64,000 nucleotides of DNA from Acidimicrobiales bacterium (GCA_965116965.1 OZ220743.1:111262-175261); one strand, 5' to 3'; counted from the first letter of the stretch, positions 43,931 to 52,382 are shown. Made by a program: numbers and translations. Notes: generated by a model not told the origin, from the letters alone.

Positions 43931-44770
43931 ATGCAGCACATGCTCTACGAGACCGACGGGCGGGTGGCGGTGATCACCCTTAACCGTCCCGAGAAAGCCA
44001 ACGCGGTCAGCGGCCTGACGCTCAACGAGATGGACGAGTGCTTCACCCGAGCCGCCGACGACGCCGACGTGAGGGTGATCGTGCTGCGGTCGGTCGGCAA
44101 GCACTTCTGCGCCGGTCACGACCTCTCCGGCAGCGACGAGGCCCTGGAGAAGGCCGCGGCAGGCGAGGGCAGCCCGGCCAAGGGCAGCTTCGTGGACTGG
44201 AAGGAGCGGGGCCTCGAAGCCATCTACGAATGGGAGACGATCCACTACCTCGGCTACAGCCGGCGCTGGCGCGACATCCCCAAGCCCACCATCGCGGCGG
44301 TGCAGGGCCAGTGCATCGCCGGGGGACTGATGCTGTGCTGGCCCTGCGATCTGATCATCGCCGCCGACAACGCCATGTTCTCCGATCCGGTGGCCCGCAT
44401 GGGCATCGGCGGGGTGGAGTACCACGGCCACACCTGGGAGCTCGGCCCCCGCAAGGCCAAGGAGATGCTGTTCACCGCTCGCCGGATCGGCGCGGCGGAG
44501 GCCGAGGCGGCCGGCATGGTCAACAGGGTCGTTCCCCTCGACGACCTCCACACCGAGACCATGGCGCTGGCCCATGAGATCGCCCAGATGCACCCCTTCG
44601 CTCTGGCCCAGTCCAAGCGGGCCGTCAACCGCACCATGGACATCCAGGGCTTCTACTCGGCGCTCCAGGCCGTGTTCGACATCCACCAGACGGGCCACGG
44701 CAACGCCCTGTCGGTGGGCGGATACCCGATCCTCACCGGCCTGACCGACATGAAGAAGTCCCAGTCCTGA
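43931..44770 (+). CDS. enoyl-CoA hydratase/isomerase (crotonase) family protein
   Basis: AGGAGGA lies upstream of ATG 43931. VAVITLNRPEKANAV, FCAGHDL and AAVQGQCIAGGLML are crotonase blocks. Confidence 0.85.
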   Translation: MQHMLYETDGRVAVITLNRPEKANAVSGLTLNEMDECFTRAADDADVRVIVLRSVGKHFCAGHDLSGSDEALEKAAAGEGSPAKGSFVDWKERGLEAIYEWETIHYLGYSRRWRDIPKPTIAAVQGQCIAGGLMLCWPCDLIIAADNAMFSDPVARMGIGGVEYHGHTWELGPRKAKEMLFTARRIGAAEAEAAGMVNRVVPLDDLHTETMALAHEIAQMHPFALAQSKRAVNRTMDIQGFYSALQAVFDIHQTGHGNALSVGGYPILTGLTDMKKSQS

Positions 44771-44810
44771 GAACCGTCAGCTAGGGGAGCCCCCCACCGG
44801 CTGACCTAGC

Positions 44811-46394
44811 GTGAGCCGTGTGAGTCTCTGGGAGCGGCCGGACGTTCACGCCCGGCGCTGGTTCCTGCTCGGCGTGCTGAGCCTGACCCTGGTGCTGGTG
44901 GTCATGTCGGTCTCGGGCCTGAACGTGGCCCTGGCCACCTTGCAGCGGGATGTGGGTGTCACCGGGCCGCAGCTGCAGTGGATCGTCAACACCTACGCGC
45001 TCGCCTTCGGCGGGCTGCTGATGACCGGCGGAGCCATCGGCGACCGCTACGGCCGCAAGGGCGCCCTGCTCGGAGGCCTGCTCGTGTTCGGGCTCGGCGC
45101 GCTCCTCGGAGGCTTGGCCGACTCGGCCGAGGTCATCCTGGTCGCCCGGGGAGCCATGGGGGTGGCGGCCGCCTTCGTCATGCCGGCCACGCTGTCGCTG
45201 CTGATCGAGATCTTCCCGCCGCCGGAGAGGCCGACCGCCATCGCGGTGTGGTCGGGCTTCGCCGGGGGCGGCGCCGCCATCGGGCCCGCGCTGACCGGCC
45301 TGTTCGTGACCGGATGGTGGTTCGTGCCGTCGTGGGGCTGGGAGGCCGGCTTCCTCTACAACGTCCCGGTGGTGGCGGTGGTGATGGTCGCGGTGGTGCT
45401 GTGGCTGCCCCGATCCCGGGACGAGCACCCCCGGCATCTCGACCCTGCCGGAGCGGCGCTGTCCATCGTGGCCATGACCGCCCTCATCTACGGCATCATC
45501 GAGGGACCCGAGCAGGGCTGGACATCGGCACCGGTGCTCTCGGCCTTCGCGGTGGCGGTCGTCTTCGGTGCGGTCCTGCTGGGGTGGCAGCAGCGAGCCC
45601 GCCATCCGATGCTGCCGCTGGAACTGTTCGGCGACCGGCGCTTCAGCATCGGCTCGGCCGTGGTCACCATGACGTTCGTCGTGATGATCGGGTTCTGGTT
45701 CCTGTTCGCGCTCTACGTGCAGTTCGTCCTGGGATACTCCGCCCTGGAGGCGGGGCTGGCGACCATGCCGGAGGCGCTGGCGTCGATGGTTGTGGCCCCG
45801 TTCACCGCCCCGCTCGCCGCCAGGTACGGATCGCGCCGGATCATGGCGGTCGGCTTCGCGGTGTTGGCGCTCACATTCCTGCCGCTGGCGATGGTCGACA
45901 CCGATACCAGCTATTGGTTCCTTCTGGGACCGCTGGTGCTGGCCGGGGCGGGTCTCAGCCTGGCCATGACCCCGGCCACCAACGACATCATGGTCGCCAC
46001 TCCCTACGACAAGGCCGGCATCGGCTCGGCCGTCAACGACACCGCCCGCGAGCTGGGGGCGGCGCTGGGCATCGCCACGCTGGGCGCCCTGTCCACCTCG
46101 ATCTACCGCAGCACGGTGGACGTGGCCCAGCTACCGCCCGAGGTGGCCTCCCCGGCGGCCGAGTCGATGGGTGCGGCCATCGAGGCCGCCTACCAGCTGT
46201 CCCGATCGGGCACGCTGGGCGAGGCCGCGGCTCAGGCGACGATCACCGAGACGGGGCAGGCCTTCACCACTGCCTTCGCCCAGACGATGGCGATATCGGG
46301 CGTAGTGTCGGCCCTGGCCGCGGTCGCGCTGCTAGTCGGCCACCTCGCCGAGGCCCGCGCCCGCCCCAGAGGCCGACTGGTAGGCGGCGGATGA
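44811..46394 (+). CDS. MFS transporter, DHA2 (EmrB/QacA, 14-TM) type
   Basis: 527 aa with about 14 hydrophobic segments. Motif GAIGDRYGRKGALLGGL (the MFS motif A-like G-x-x-x-D-R-x-G-R-K). Confidence 0.85.
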   Translation: MSRVSLWERPDVHARRWFLLGVLSLTLVLVVMSVSGLNVALATLQRDVGVTGPQLQWIVNTYALAFGGLLMTGGAIGDRYGRKGALLGGLLVFGLGALLGGLADSAEVILVARGAMGVAAAFVMPATLSLLIEIFPPPERPTAIAVWSGFAGGGAAIGPALTGLFVTGWWFVPSWGWEAGFLYNVPVVAVVMVAVVLWLPRSRDEHPRHLDPAGAALSIVAMTALIYGIIEGPEQGWTSAPVLSAFAVAVVFGAVLLGWQQRARHPMLPLELFGDRRFSIGSAVVTMTFVVMIGFWFLFALYVQFVLGYSALEAGLATMPEALASMVVAPFTAPLAARYGSRRIMAVGFAVLALTFLPLAMVDTDTSYWFLLGPLVLAGAGLSLAMTPATNDIMVATPYDKAGIGSAVNDTARELGAALGIATLGALSTSIYRSTVDVAQLPPEVASPAAESMGAAIEAAYQLSRSGTLGEAAAQATITETGQAFTTAFAQTMAISGVVSALAAVALLVGHLAEARARPRGRLVGGG

Positions 46395-46556
46395 GCGGCG
46401 CCTCTCACCCACCCAGCGAGGCCGTGGCCCGAGCGGCCCGTGAGCGAAGCGAACAACAGCGGGAAGCAACATGCTTCATCGCGACGTCGTTCGATTCATT
46501 TGCACGGACCGGATAACCGTCGAACAACAGCGGGAAGCAACACGCCTCATCGCGAC
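46395..46556 (+). repeat. copy of the dispersed intergenic element plus an internal 36-nt direct duplication
   Basis: agcgaggccgtggcccgagcggcccgtgagcgaagcgaacaacagcggga, then cgaacaacagcgggaagcaaca(t/c)gc(t/c)tcatcgcgac at 46450 and 46521. Confidence 0.8.
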
Positions 46557-46564
46557 TCCGTCAT

Positions 46565-46580
46565 GGCCCAATGATGGGCC
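46565..46580. terminator. short perfect hairpin between convergent MFS genes (possible bidirectional terminator)
   Basis: ggccca-atga-tgggcc. No U-tract follows, so a terminator function is only a guess. Confidence 0.25.
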
Positions 46581-46608
46581 ACGGGCCAGTGCGATGGGGT
46601 CAGCGGAG

Positions 46609-47754
46609 TCAGAAGCGGTCGGCTACACAGATCGACACGGCTGCGCCGGCCACCGACGAGGCAGCCACGGCCAGCCACATCGCCGGGTAGCCGGAGTGCT
46701 CGATCAGCCATCCCGTGACCAGAGGCCCGATGAATACCCCTACGTAGACGCCCATCTGCGTGATCCCGGTGGCGCTGCCGGCAGCCCGGGGGTTGGCCCG
46801 CACGATCCCGTAGTTGGTGAACACCGGCCAGATCCAGCCGCATCCGAACGACAGCAGCATGGCGGCCACATGGGTGGCCGGCGAGCGCAGCGCCAGCCCG
46901 GCCATGCCTATCGAGCCGAACAGGGCGGTGATGCCCCCCACCCGGAACGGCTTGACCCTCATCGTGTCCGACAGCCGGCCGCTCGCCACTCTCATCGCGA
47001 TGCCGGTGGCCGCCCCGACACTAAGGAACAGTCCGGCGGTGCCGGGTCCCAGCCCGGCGTCGACGCCGGAGCCGACCCCCCACGCGACGAGCGATCCAGC
47101 ACTGAAGGCCAGGAACGCACCCACCGCGGCGCCCAGGAAGAGGTCCCGGGACGACGACTCCGGCTCGGCTGCGCGGGCCGGAGTCCGGAACACCGACGAC
47201 CCGACGGCCGCCCTGACCAGCACCAGCGACATCAGCGCGAACACCGCGCCGGCCACATAGGCCCAGCGCCAGCCCACACCGACGGCCAGCGAGGGCACTG
47301 CGAAGCCCGCCAGCAGGGTGGCCGTGGGCAGGCCCGACTGCTTGATCGACACGGCCAGACCCAGCCGAGGCAGTTGAGCCTGGGCCAGGGCCAGGTTGAC
47401 CGACGTCTGGTTGGCGGCGTTGGCCAGCCCGGCCAGCACCAGGAAGCCGATCACCGCCAGGAACGAGCGGGCGCTGGCGGCCAGAGCCAGCTGCACCGCT
47501 ATGGACACTGAGAGCGCGAGGGTCATCTGGTTGAGCGGCCCGATCCGCTGGGCCAGCCGGCCCAGCATGACCGACCCGACCATGGCGGCCCCGAAGAACG
47601 ATCCGAGACCCCATCCGTACACCCCCTCGGAGACGCCCATCTCCGCACTCACCTGCACCGACATGGCGCCGATGAGGAACCCGGGCAGCACGGTGGACAC
47701 GGTGGCCATCACCGCGGCACCGATCACCAGGGACGGACGCGCTTCAGCAGACAC
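46609..47754 (-). CDS. MFS transporter (12-TM type)
   Basis: The start is set at GTG 47754, with GAGAGGGAAG upstream. The longer ORF to 47859 would read through the MITE-like repeat. Multiple TM segments are present throughout. Confidence 0.75.
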   Translation of the reverse strand: MSAEARPSLVIGAAVMATVSTVLPGFLIGAMSVQVSAEMGVSEGVYGWGLGSFFGAAMVGSVMLGRLAQRIGPLNQMTLALSVSIAVQLALAASARSFLAVIGFLVLAGLANAANQTSVNLALAQAQLPRLGLAVSIKQSGLPTATLLAGFAVPSLAVGVGWRWAYVAGAVFALMSLVLVRAAVGSSVFRTPARAAEPESSSRDLFLGAAVGAFLAFSAGSLVAWGVGSGVDAGLGPGTAGLFLSVGAATGIAMRVASGRLSDTMRVKPFRVGGITALFGSIGMAGLALRSPATHVAAMLLSFGCGWIWPVFTNYGIVRANPRAAGSATGITQMGVYVGVFIGPLVTGWLIEHSGYPAMWLAVAASSVAGAAVSICVADRF

Positions 47755-47777
47755 GGCGCGAACTCTTCCCTCTCGCT

Positions 47778-47878
47778 CTAGTGGTCCGTCGCTGAAATGA
47801 TCGGGGTGTCCGGAGCGCTCCCAAGCAGGGTCTCGGTCCTGCTGCGCTGCCCTAGCCATTTCGACGACACAGCTCTAG
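47778..47878 (+). mobile_element. 93-bp MITE-like element flanked by CTAG duplications (copy 2)
   Basis: See 13445-13545. It occupies almost the whole spacer between the thioesterase stop (the right-hand CTAG contains that stop codon) and the MFS start. Confidence 0.6.
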
Positions 47879-48705
47879 CCCAGGTCGATGGGACGGATCA
47901 TGCACTCCTGGGCGAAGGAGGCGAGCAGCGCACCGCCGGCGTCGAAGGCGTGGCCCTGGCCGAAGCCCCGGGCCCGGGCCAGCGTGGGCGAGTGCTGCGT
48001 GATCAGGCACCACTGGTCGAGGCGGAACGGGCGGTGGAACCAGACGGTGTGGCTGGTCACTGCGGTGTGGAGGGTGCGGTAGGAGTCGGCCTGGCTCACG
48101 CCCTCGACCGGGAGCAGCACGGTCCCGACGATGGTGAGGTCGGTGGCGTGGGCCAGCAGCGCCTGGTGAACGGCCGGGTCGTCGCCCAACCTCCGGTCCT
48201 CGACGCGGGTCCAGAAGGCGTAGCGGGGAGGAGCCGGTGCGGGGTCCCGCAGGTCTGCGCCGCCCGTCACCCTGGTCGTCCAGGGGATCATGGACATCTC
48301 CGTCGCGGCGGCCTCGTCGGGGTGGCCCGCCTCGGGGGCGGGCTTCTGATGCTCGAAGGCCGACGCGGGCTCCAGCGCGTGCATCGAGAGCAGGGCGGCG
48401 AAGATGGTCCTGCCATGCTGGCCGGCCCGGACCCGGCGCAGCGCGAAGGTCCGTCCGGTCTGGGTCTCCTCCACCTCGAACTCGATTGGATCGGTGGTCG
48501 AACCCTCCCGCGGGAACAGGCAGCTCAACGACTTGACAACCTTGCCCTCGGTGGTGGCCGCCCCCAGCGCGACCGCTTGGGCCAGTAGCTGGCCGCCGAA
48601 GATCCGGGGATAGTCCATCTCGATGTTGGGCGCGGTCCACACGCCCGGCCGCACCGGCTCCACTTCCAGGCAGCCGAGCAGGTCGTCGATGGTGATGACC
48701 GCCAT
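47875..48705 (-). CDS. acyl-CoA thioesterase II (TesB-like, double hot-dog)
   Basis: IFGGQLLAQAV..., SLSCLFPREG... and HTVWFHRPFRLDQW are characteristic of TesB-type thioesterases. Confidence 0.85.
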   Translation of the reverse strand: MAVITIDDLLGCLEVEPVRPGVWTAPNIEMDYPRIFGGQLLAQAVALGAATTEGKVVKSLSCLFPREGSTTDPIEFEVEETQTGRTFALRRVRAGQHGRTIFAALLSMHALEPASAFEHQKPAPEAGHPDEAAATEMSMIPWTTRVTGGADLRDPAPAPPRYAFWTRVEDRRLGDDPAVHQALLAHATDLTIVGTVLLPVEGVSQADSYRTLHTAVTSHTVWFHRPFRLDQWCLITQHSPTLARARGFGQGHAFDAGGALLASFAQECMIRPIDLG

Positions 48706-48797
48706 CAGGACGTCTCGGCGGTTTCATGCCCGCTCTTGTTCGCTGCGCTCACGGGCCGCTCGGGCCACGGCCTCGCTGAGCGTCTCGCCGGGATCAC
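48705..48797 (-). CDS. 30-codon intercistronic mini-ORF carried by the dispersed element
   Basis: Its GTG (48797-48795) overlaps the DUF35 stop (GTGA). It encodes VIPARRSARPWPERPVSAANKSGHETAETS. Its TGA (48707-48705) overlaps the thioesterase ATG at 48705 (TGATG). Confidence 0.5.
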   Translation of the reverse strand: MIPARRSARPWPERPVSAANKSGHETAETS

Positions 48798-49231
48798 CGG
48801 GCGTCACCGCCCAACCGCTCGGCCTCTGCAGGACGGAACAGCGGAACGTGCCACTCGCCGCTCTCCTCGAACAGCACCTCGACCCGCATCCCGATCTCGA
48901 CCTCGTCGATGTCGCAGTCCACGATGTTGGTGCCGATCCGCACCGTCGGATCCTCGTCGAGTTCGACGAGCGCGAAGACATAGGGCGGCGTGAACCCCGG
49001 GATCCACTCCTTGCGATTGATCGTGTACGTGGCCACGGTGCCGGTTCCGGCCACCGGCTCGGGGCCGACCCGGCGCGAGTGGCAGAAGGGGCAGGCCGGG
49101 CCGGGCGGGTGGACCCAGCGGGAGCATTCGCCGCAACGCTGGATCCTGAGCCGGCCGTCGGCCCCGGAACGCCAGTAGAACTCGCTCTCGGGCGAGGCCA
49201 GCACGAACCGGGGCGGGTTGTCCGCGCTCAT
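48794..49231 (-). CDS. Zn-ribbon/OB-fold protein (DUF35), thiolase partner
   Basis: Rubredoxin-like CGECSRWVHPPGPACPFC followed by an OB-fold region. It lies immediately downstream of an SCP-x-type thiolase. Confidence 0.85.
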   Translation of the reverse strand: MSADNPPRFVLASPESEFYWRSGADGRLRIQRCGECSRWVHPPGPACPFCHSRRVGPEPVAGTGTVATYTINRKEWIPGFTPPYVFALVELDEDPTVRIGTNIVDCDIDEVEIGMRVEVLFEESGEWHVPLFRPAEAERLGGDAR

Positions 49232-49511
49232 GACGGTCCCCTGGTCAGCCGGTTGTCCGCGCTCACGACAGGCACCGAGTCAGCCGGTTGTCCGCGCTCA
49301 TGACGGTCCCCTGGTCAGCCGGTTGTCGGCGCTCACGACAGGCACCGAGTCAGCCGGTTGTCCGCGCTCATGACGGTCCCCTGGTCAGCCGGTTGTCGGC
49401 GCTCACGACAGGCACCGAGTCAGCCGGTTGTCCGCGCTCATGACGGTCCCCTGGTCAGCCGGTTGTCGGCGCTCACGACAGGCACCGAGTCAGCCGGTTG
49501 TCGGCGCTCAT
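49228..49511 (-). repeat. tandem array of eight 35-bp units (four 70-bp double units), each a 12-codon mini-cistron (relay between the thiolase stop and the DUF35 start)
   Basis: Starts at 49511, 49476, 49441, 49406, 49371, 49336, 49301 and 49266 alternate ATG and GTG. ATG AGC GCS GAC AAC CGG CTG ACT CGG TGC CTG TCG TGA encodes MSADNRLTRCLS, and GTG AGC GCC GAC AAC CGG CTG ACC AGG GGA CCG TCA TGA encodes SADNRLTRGPS. Every stop overlaps the next start, and the last overlaps the DUF35 ATG at 49231. Confidence 0.9.
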
Positions 49512-50686
49512 GACGGTCCCCTGGTCAGCAGCAGGCATCCGGTCTCGGGGCCGCCGCCGGCTCCGACCGCGACCACCTCGCAGCCGGGGACCTGGACGTT
49601 GGCTGTGCCCCGCAACTGCATCACTGCCTCGTGAAGGTGGCCGAAGCCGTGCAGCCGGCCCGCGGAGAGCTGGCCGCCGGACGTGTTGAGCGGCGCCGGG
49701 CCGTCGGGGCCGATGTTGGCGCCGCCCTCCACGAAGGCCCCGCTCTCCCCCTTGCCGCAGAAGCCCATGGCCTCGATCCAGGCCAGGGTCAACCAGCTGA
49801 AGCCGTCGTACAGCTGAGCGGTGTCCACGTCGTCGACCGTCAGCTCGGTGCGCTCCCACATCGAGGCGGCGGTGTGGCGCATCATCATCGACGTCAGGTC
49901 GTCGAACTGGTCCCAGGAGGGCCGGCCCCGGATGGCGGTCCCCATGGCGTTGACGCCGACCGCGCCCGCCGGGGCGTCGGGTGAGTGGTCGCGGTGCGAG
50001 ACCACCACCGCGGTGGACCCGTCGCAGGGAACATCACAGTCGTAGAGGCACAGCGGGTCGCTGATCATCCGCACGGCCAGGTAGTCGTCGATGGTCATGG
50101 GATCGGTGTAGACGGCCTGGGGGTTGGCCGCCGCGTTGGCCCGCCCGTTGATCGCAATGGCGCCGAGCTGCGTGCGGGTGGTGCCGTAGTCGTGCATGTG
50201 GCGGCGGGCGTAGCAGGCGACCCAGCAGGCGGCCGACGCCGCTCCGTAGGGGATCATGAACTGGAACGGACCGGCCGAGCCGGCCATCGGGCCGCCCCCA
50301 CCGCCGCCGCCGGGGCGCAACGGCCCTCCGCTGCCCTCCACCACGGTGCGGAACACCAGCACGTGGCGAGCCAGGCCGGTCGCCACCGCCAGGATGGCGT
50401 TGTGGACCGCGCCCAGCGGGCCGGCAGTCTCCACGCCCGAGCTGCGCCAGTTGAGCGCCAACCGCAGCGCCTCGTGCAGTTCAGCCCCCATGGCCCCTCC
50501 GAAGGAGCCGCCGAAGCCCGGATAGGTGGACACCCCGTCGATGTCGGCCGTCGTCAGCCCGGCGTCGGCGACCGCCCGGAGTGCGGCCTCGACGGTGAGG
50601 TCGATGCCGGTGCGGTACAGCCGGCGGCCGATCTCAGACTGGGCCGCGCCGCTGATAACGGCCCGCCGCTCCCGAGGCTCACCCAT
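49508..50686 (-). CDS. thiolase-like lipid-transfer (SCP-x-type) protein
   Basis: 392 aa with a thiolase-superfamily fold pattern (VISGAAQSEIGR..., GVSTYPG..., CDVPCDGSTAVVV, GGQLSAGRLHGFGHLHEAVMQLRG). It is paired with a DUF35 gene. Confidence 0.8.
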   Translation of the reverse strand: MGEPRERRAVISGAAQSEIGRRLYRTGIDLTVEAALRAVADAGLTTADIDGVSTYPGFGGSFGGAMGAELHEALRLALNWRSSGVETAGPLGAVHNAILAVATGLARHVLVFRTVVEGSGGPLRPGGGGGGGPMAGSAGPFQFMIPYGAASAACWVACYARRHMHDYGTTRTQLGAIAINGRANAAANPQAVYTDPMTIDDYLAVRMISDPLCLYDCDVPCDGSTAVVVSHRDHSPDAPAGAVGVNAMGTAIRGRPSWDQFDDLTSMMMRHTAASMWERTELTVDDVDTAQLYDGFSWLTLAWIEAMGFCGKGESGAFVEGGANIGPDGPAPLNTSGGQLSAGRLHGFGHLHEAVMQLRGTANVQVPGCEVVAVGAGGGPETGCLLLTRGPS

Positions 50687-50783
50687 CAGCCTCGCCTCCG
50701 GCGACCGATCGAACTCCTGTCAAGAATCCACCTCTCAGGTGGGAGACCCGCGGGTAGTTCGGCCCGAGGCTCCGCAACCATCA

Positions 50784-51512
50784 TCAACGGGCTGCTCCCG
50801 ACTCGAACAGGCGGGATTCCAGGAGGGCTCCTGCCTCGGCCGTCGGGCCCTGCCAGGTGATCAGCCCGTGCTCCAGGACTGCAGCCCGGTCGCACAGTTC
50901 CAGCGCGTGGCCGACCTGCTGCTCCACGATCAGCAAAGCTGTCCCCGCCCCCCGGATCTGCGAGAGCGTCCCGAACACCTGGTCCACAACCATCGGAGCG
51001 AGACCGAGGGAGAGTTCGTCGGCGATCAGCAGCCGGGGCGACTCCACCAGCACCCGGGCCAGCGAGAGCATCCTCTGCTCGCCGCCCGACATCGTGCCGG
51101 CCATCTGGCCGCGGCGCTCGCCCAGCCGGGGGAACAGCTCGTAGGCCCGGTCCAGCCCGCCGGCCAGCCCGGCTCGGCCGAAGGCCCTTTGGAACGACAG
51201 CGCCAGATTCTCCTGCACGGTCAGCGAAGCGAACACCGAGCGACCCTCGGGCGCATGGGCCACCCCTCGGCGCACGAAGTACCAGGCCGACGAGCGGCCG
51301 TCCGAGACCGGCTCGCCGTCCACCAGCACCCGCCCCGCCGTCGGCGTTACCAGCCCGCTGGCTACCCGGGCCAGAGTGGTCTTGCCCGCGCCGTTGGCAC
51401 CGACCAAGGCCACCGCCTCTCCCAGGCCGACCGACAGGGACACGCCGAACAGCGCCCGGAACGGGCCATAGCCGGCCTCCACGTCGCGCAACTCAAGGAT
51501 CGGCGCGCTCAC
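50784..51512 (-). CDS. ABC transporter ATP-binding protein, LivF-like
   Basis: Walker A GANGAGKTT, signature SGGEQRML and Walker B LLIADE. GTG 51512 (GGAGA upstream) is preferred over ATG 51566, which would add an atypical N-terminal extension. Confidence 0.8.
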   Translation of the reverse strand: MSAPILELRDVEAGYGPFRALFGVSLSVGLGEAVALVGANGAGKTTLARVASGLVTPTAGRVLVDGEPVSDGRSSAWYFVRRGVAHAPEGRSVFASLTVQENLALSFQRAFGRAGLAGGLDRAYELFPRLGERRGQMAGTMSGGEQRMLSLARVLVESPRLLIADELSLGLAPMVVDQVFGTLSQIRGAGTALLIVEQQVGHALELCDRAAVLEHGLITWQGPTAEAGALLESRLFESGAAR

Positions 51513-51614
51513 GACACGATCTCCCCAGGCCTGGGTCAGCGCAAGAAGGCGCGCGTGCCGCCGCATTCCGCACAGAGAACCTCACAACGCGCCGAAACGG
51601 GCCTTCGCACCTGC

Positions 51615-52382
51615 TCACGAGACCTCGAAGCTACCGAGATAGGCCCGACGGACCGAGGGATCGGCCAGCACGCCCGCGGTTGAACCCTCCGCGATGAGCG
51701 CGCCGGAGTCGAGCACGTAGGCCCGTTCAGTGAAATCGGCCACCAACGACACATCATGCTCCACCAGCAGCACCGCATAGCCGCGGGCGTCCTGCACGGC
51801 CCGCAGGGTGGCGGCCAAGGCCTGGGTCTCGTCCCGGTCGAGTCCCGACGAGGGCTCGTCGAGCAGCAGGACCTGTGGACCCGTCATCAGCGCCCGCCCG
51901 ACCTCCACCAGCCGGCTCTGCCCCAGGCTGAGCGACTCGACCGGCTTGGCGGCGAGATCGGCGACGCCCAGCAGTTCCAGCACCTCGTCGCACGCGGCGA
52001 CCTCGTCGGGCGTCGGCCGGCCCCGGCCGATCAGGTCCTTCCAGAATGCGCCCGTGCCGTTGCGGATCCGCTCCGCGATCAGCAGGTGCTCGCGCACGGT
52101 GGTGTCGGCGAACAGCTCGACCCGCTGGAACGTCCGGCCCATGCCGGCGCGGGCCCGGCGATGGGCGGGCCAGCCGCCGACATCGACGCCGTTGAGCAAC
52201 ACCCGACCGGCGTCGGGCCGCAGAATCCCGAGCAGGCAGTTGAACAGAGTGGTCTTGCCCGCGCCGTTGGGGCCGATCAGACCCACGCGCTCCGTGGCCG
52301 CGACGCTCACGCTCACATCGTCGAGGGCGCGGATACCCGCAAAGGCCACACTCACGCCGGAAACCTCCAGCAGCCGCGTCAT
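51615..52382 (-). CDS. ABC transporter ATP-binding protein, LivG-like
   Basis: Walker A GPNGAGKTT, signature LSLGQSRLVEV and Walker B LLLDEPSSGL. Its ATG overlaps the permease stop (ATGA). Confidence 0.9.
   Translation of the reverse strand: MTRLLEVSGVSVAFAGIRALDDVSVSVAATERVGLIGPNGAGKTTLFNCLLGILRPDAGRVLLNGVDVGGWPAHRRARAGMGRTFQRVELFADTTVREHLLIAERIRNGTGAFWKDLIGRGRPTPDEVAACDEVLELLGVADLAAKPVESLSLGQSRLVEVGRALMTGPQVLLLDEPSSGLDRDETQALAATLRAVQDARGYAVLLVEHDVSLVADFTERAYVLDSGALIAEGSTAGVLADPSVRRAYLGSFEVS

Noticed and set aside
51493-51618. A 41-codon ORF starts at a GTG overlapping the LivG stop (GTGA) and runs through the 100-nt LivG-LivF spacer into the LivF start region. It could be another relay ORF.
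   Set aside because: It is single copy and shows no similarity to the dispersed element or to the flanking gene ends. It terminates about 20 nt inside LivF rather than at its start. The LivF start itself is uncertain (51512 or 51566). The evidence is insufficient.
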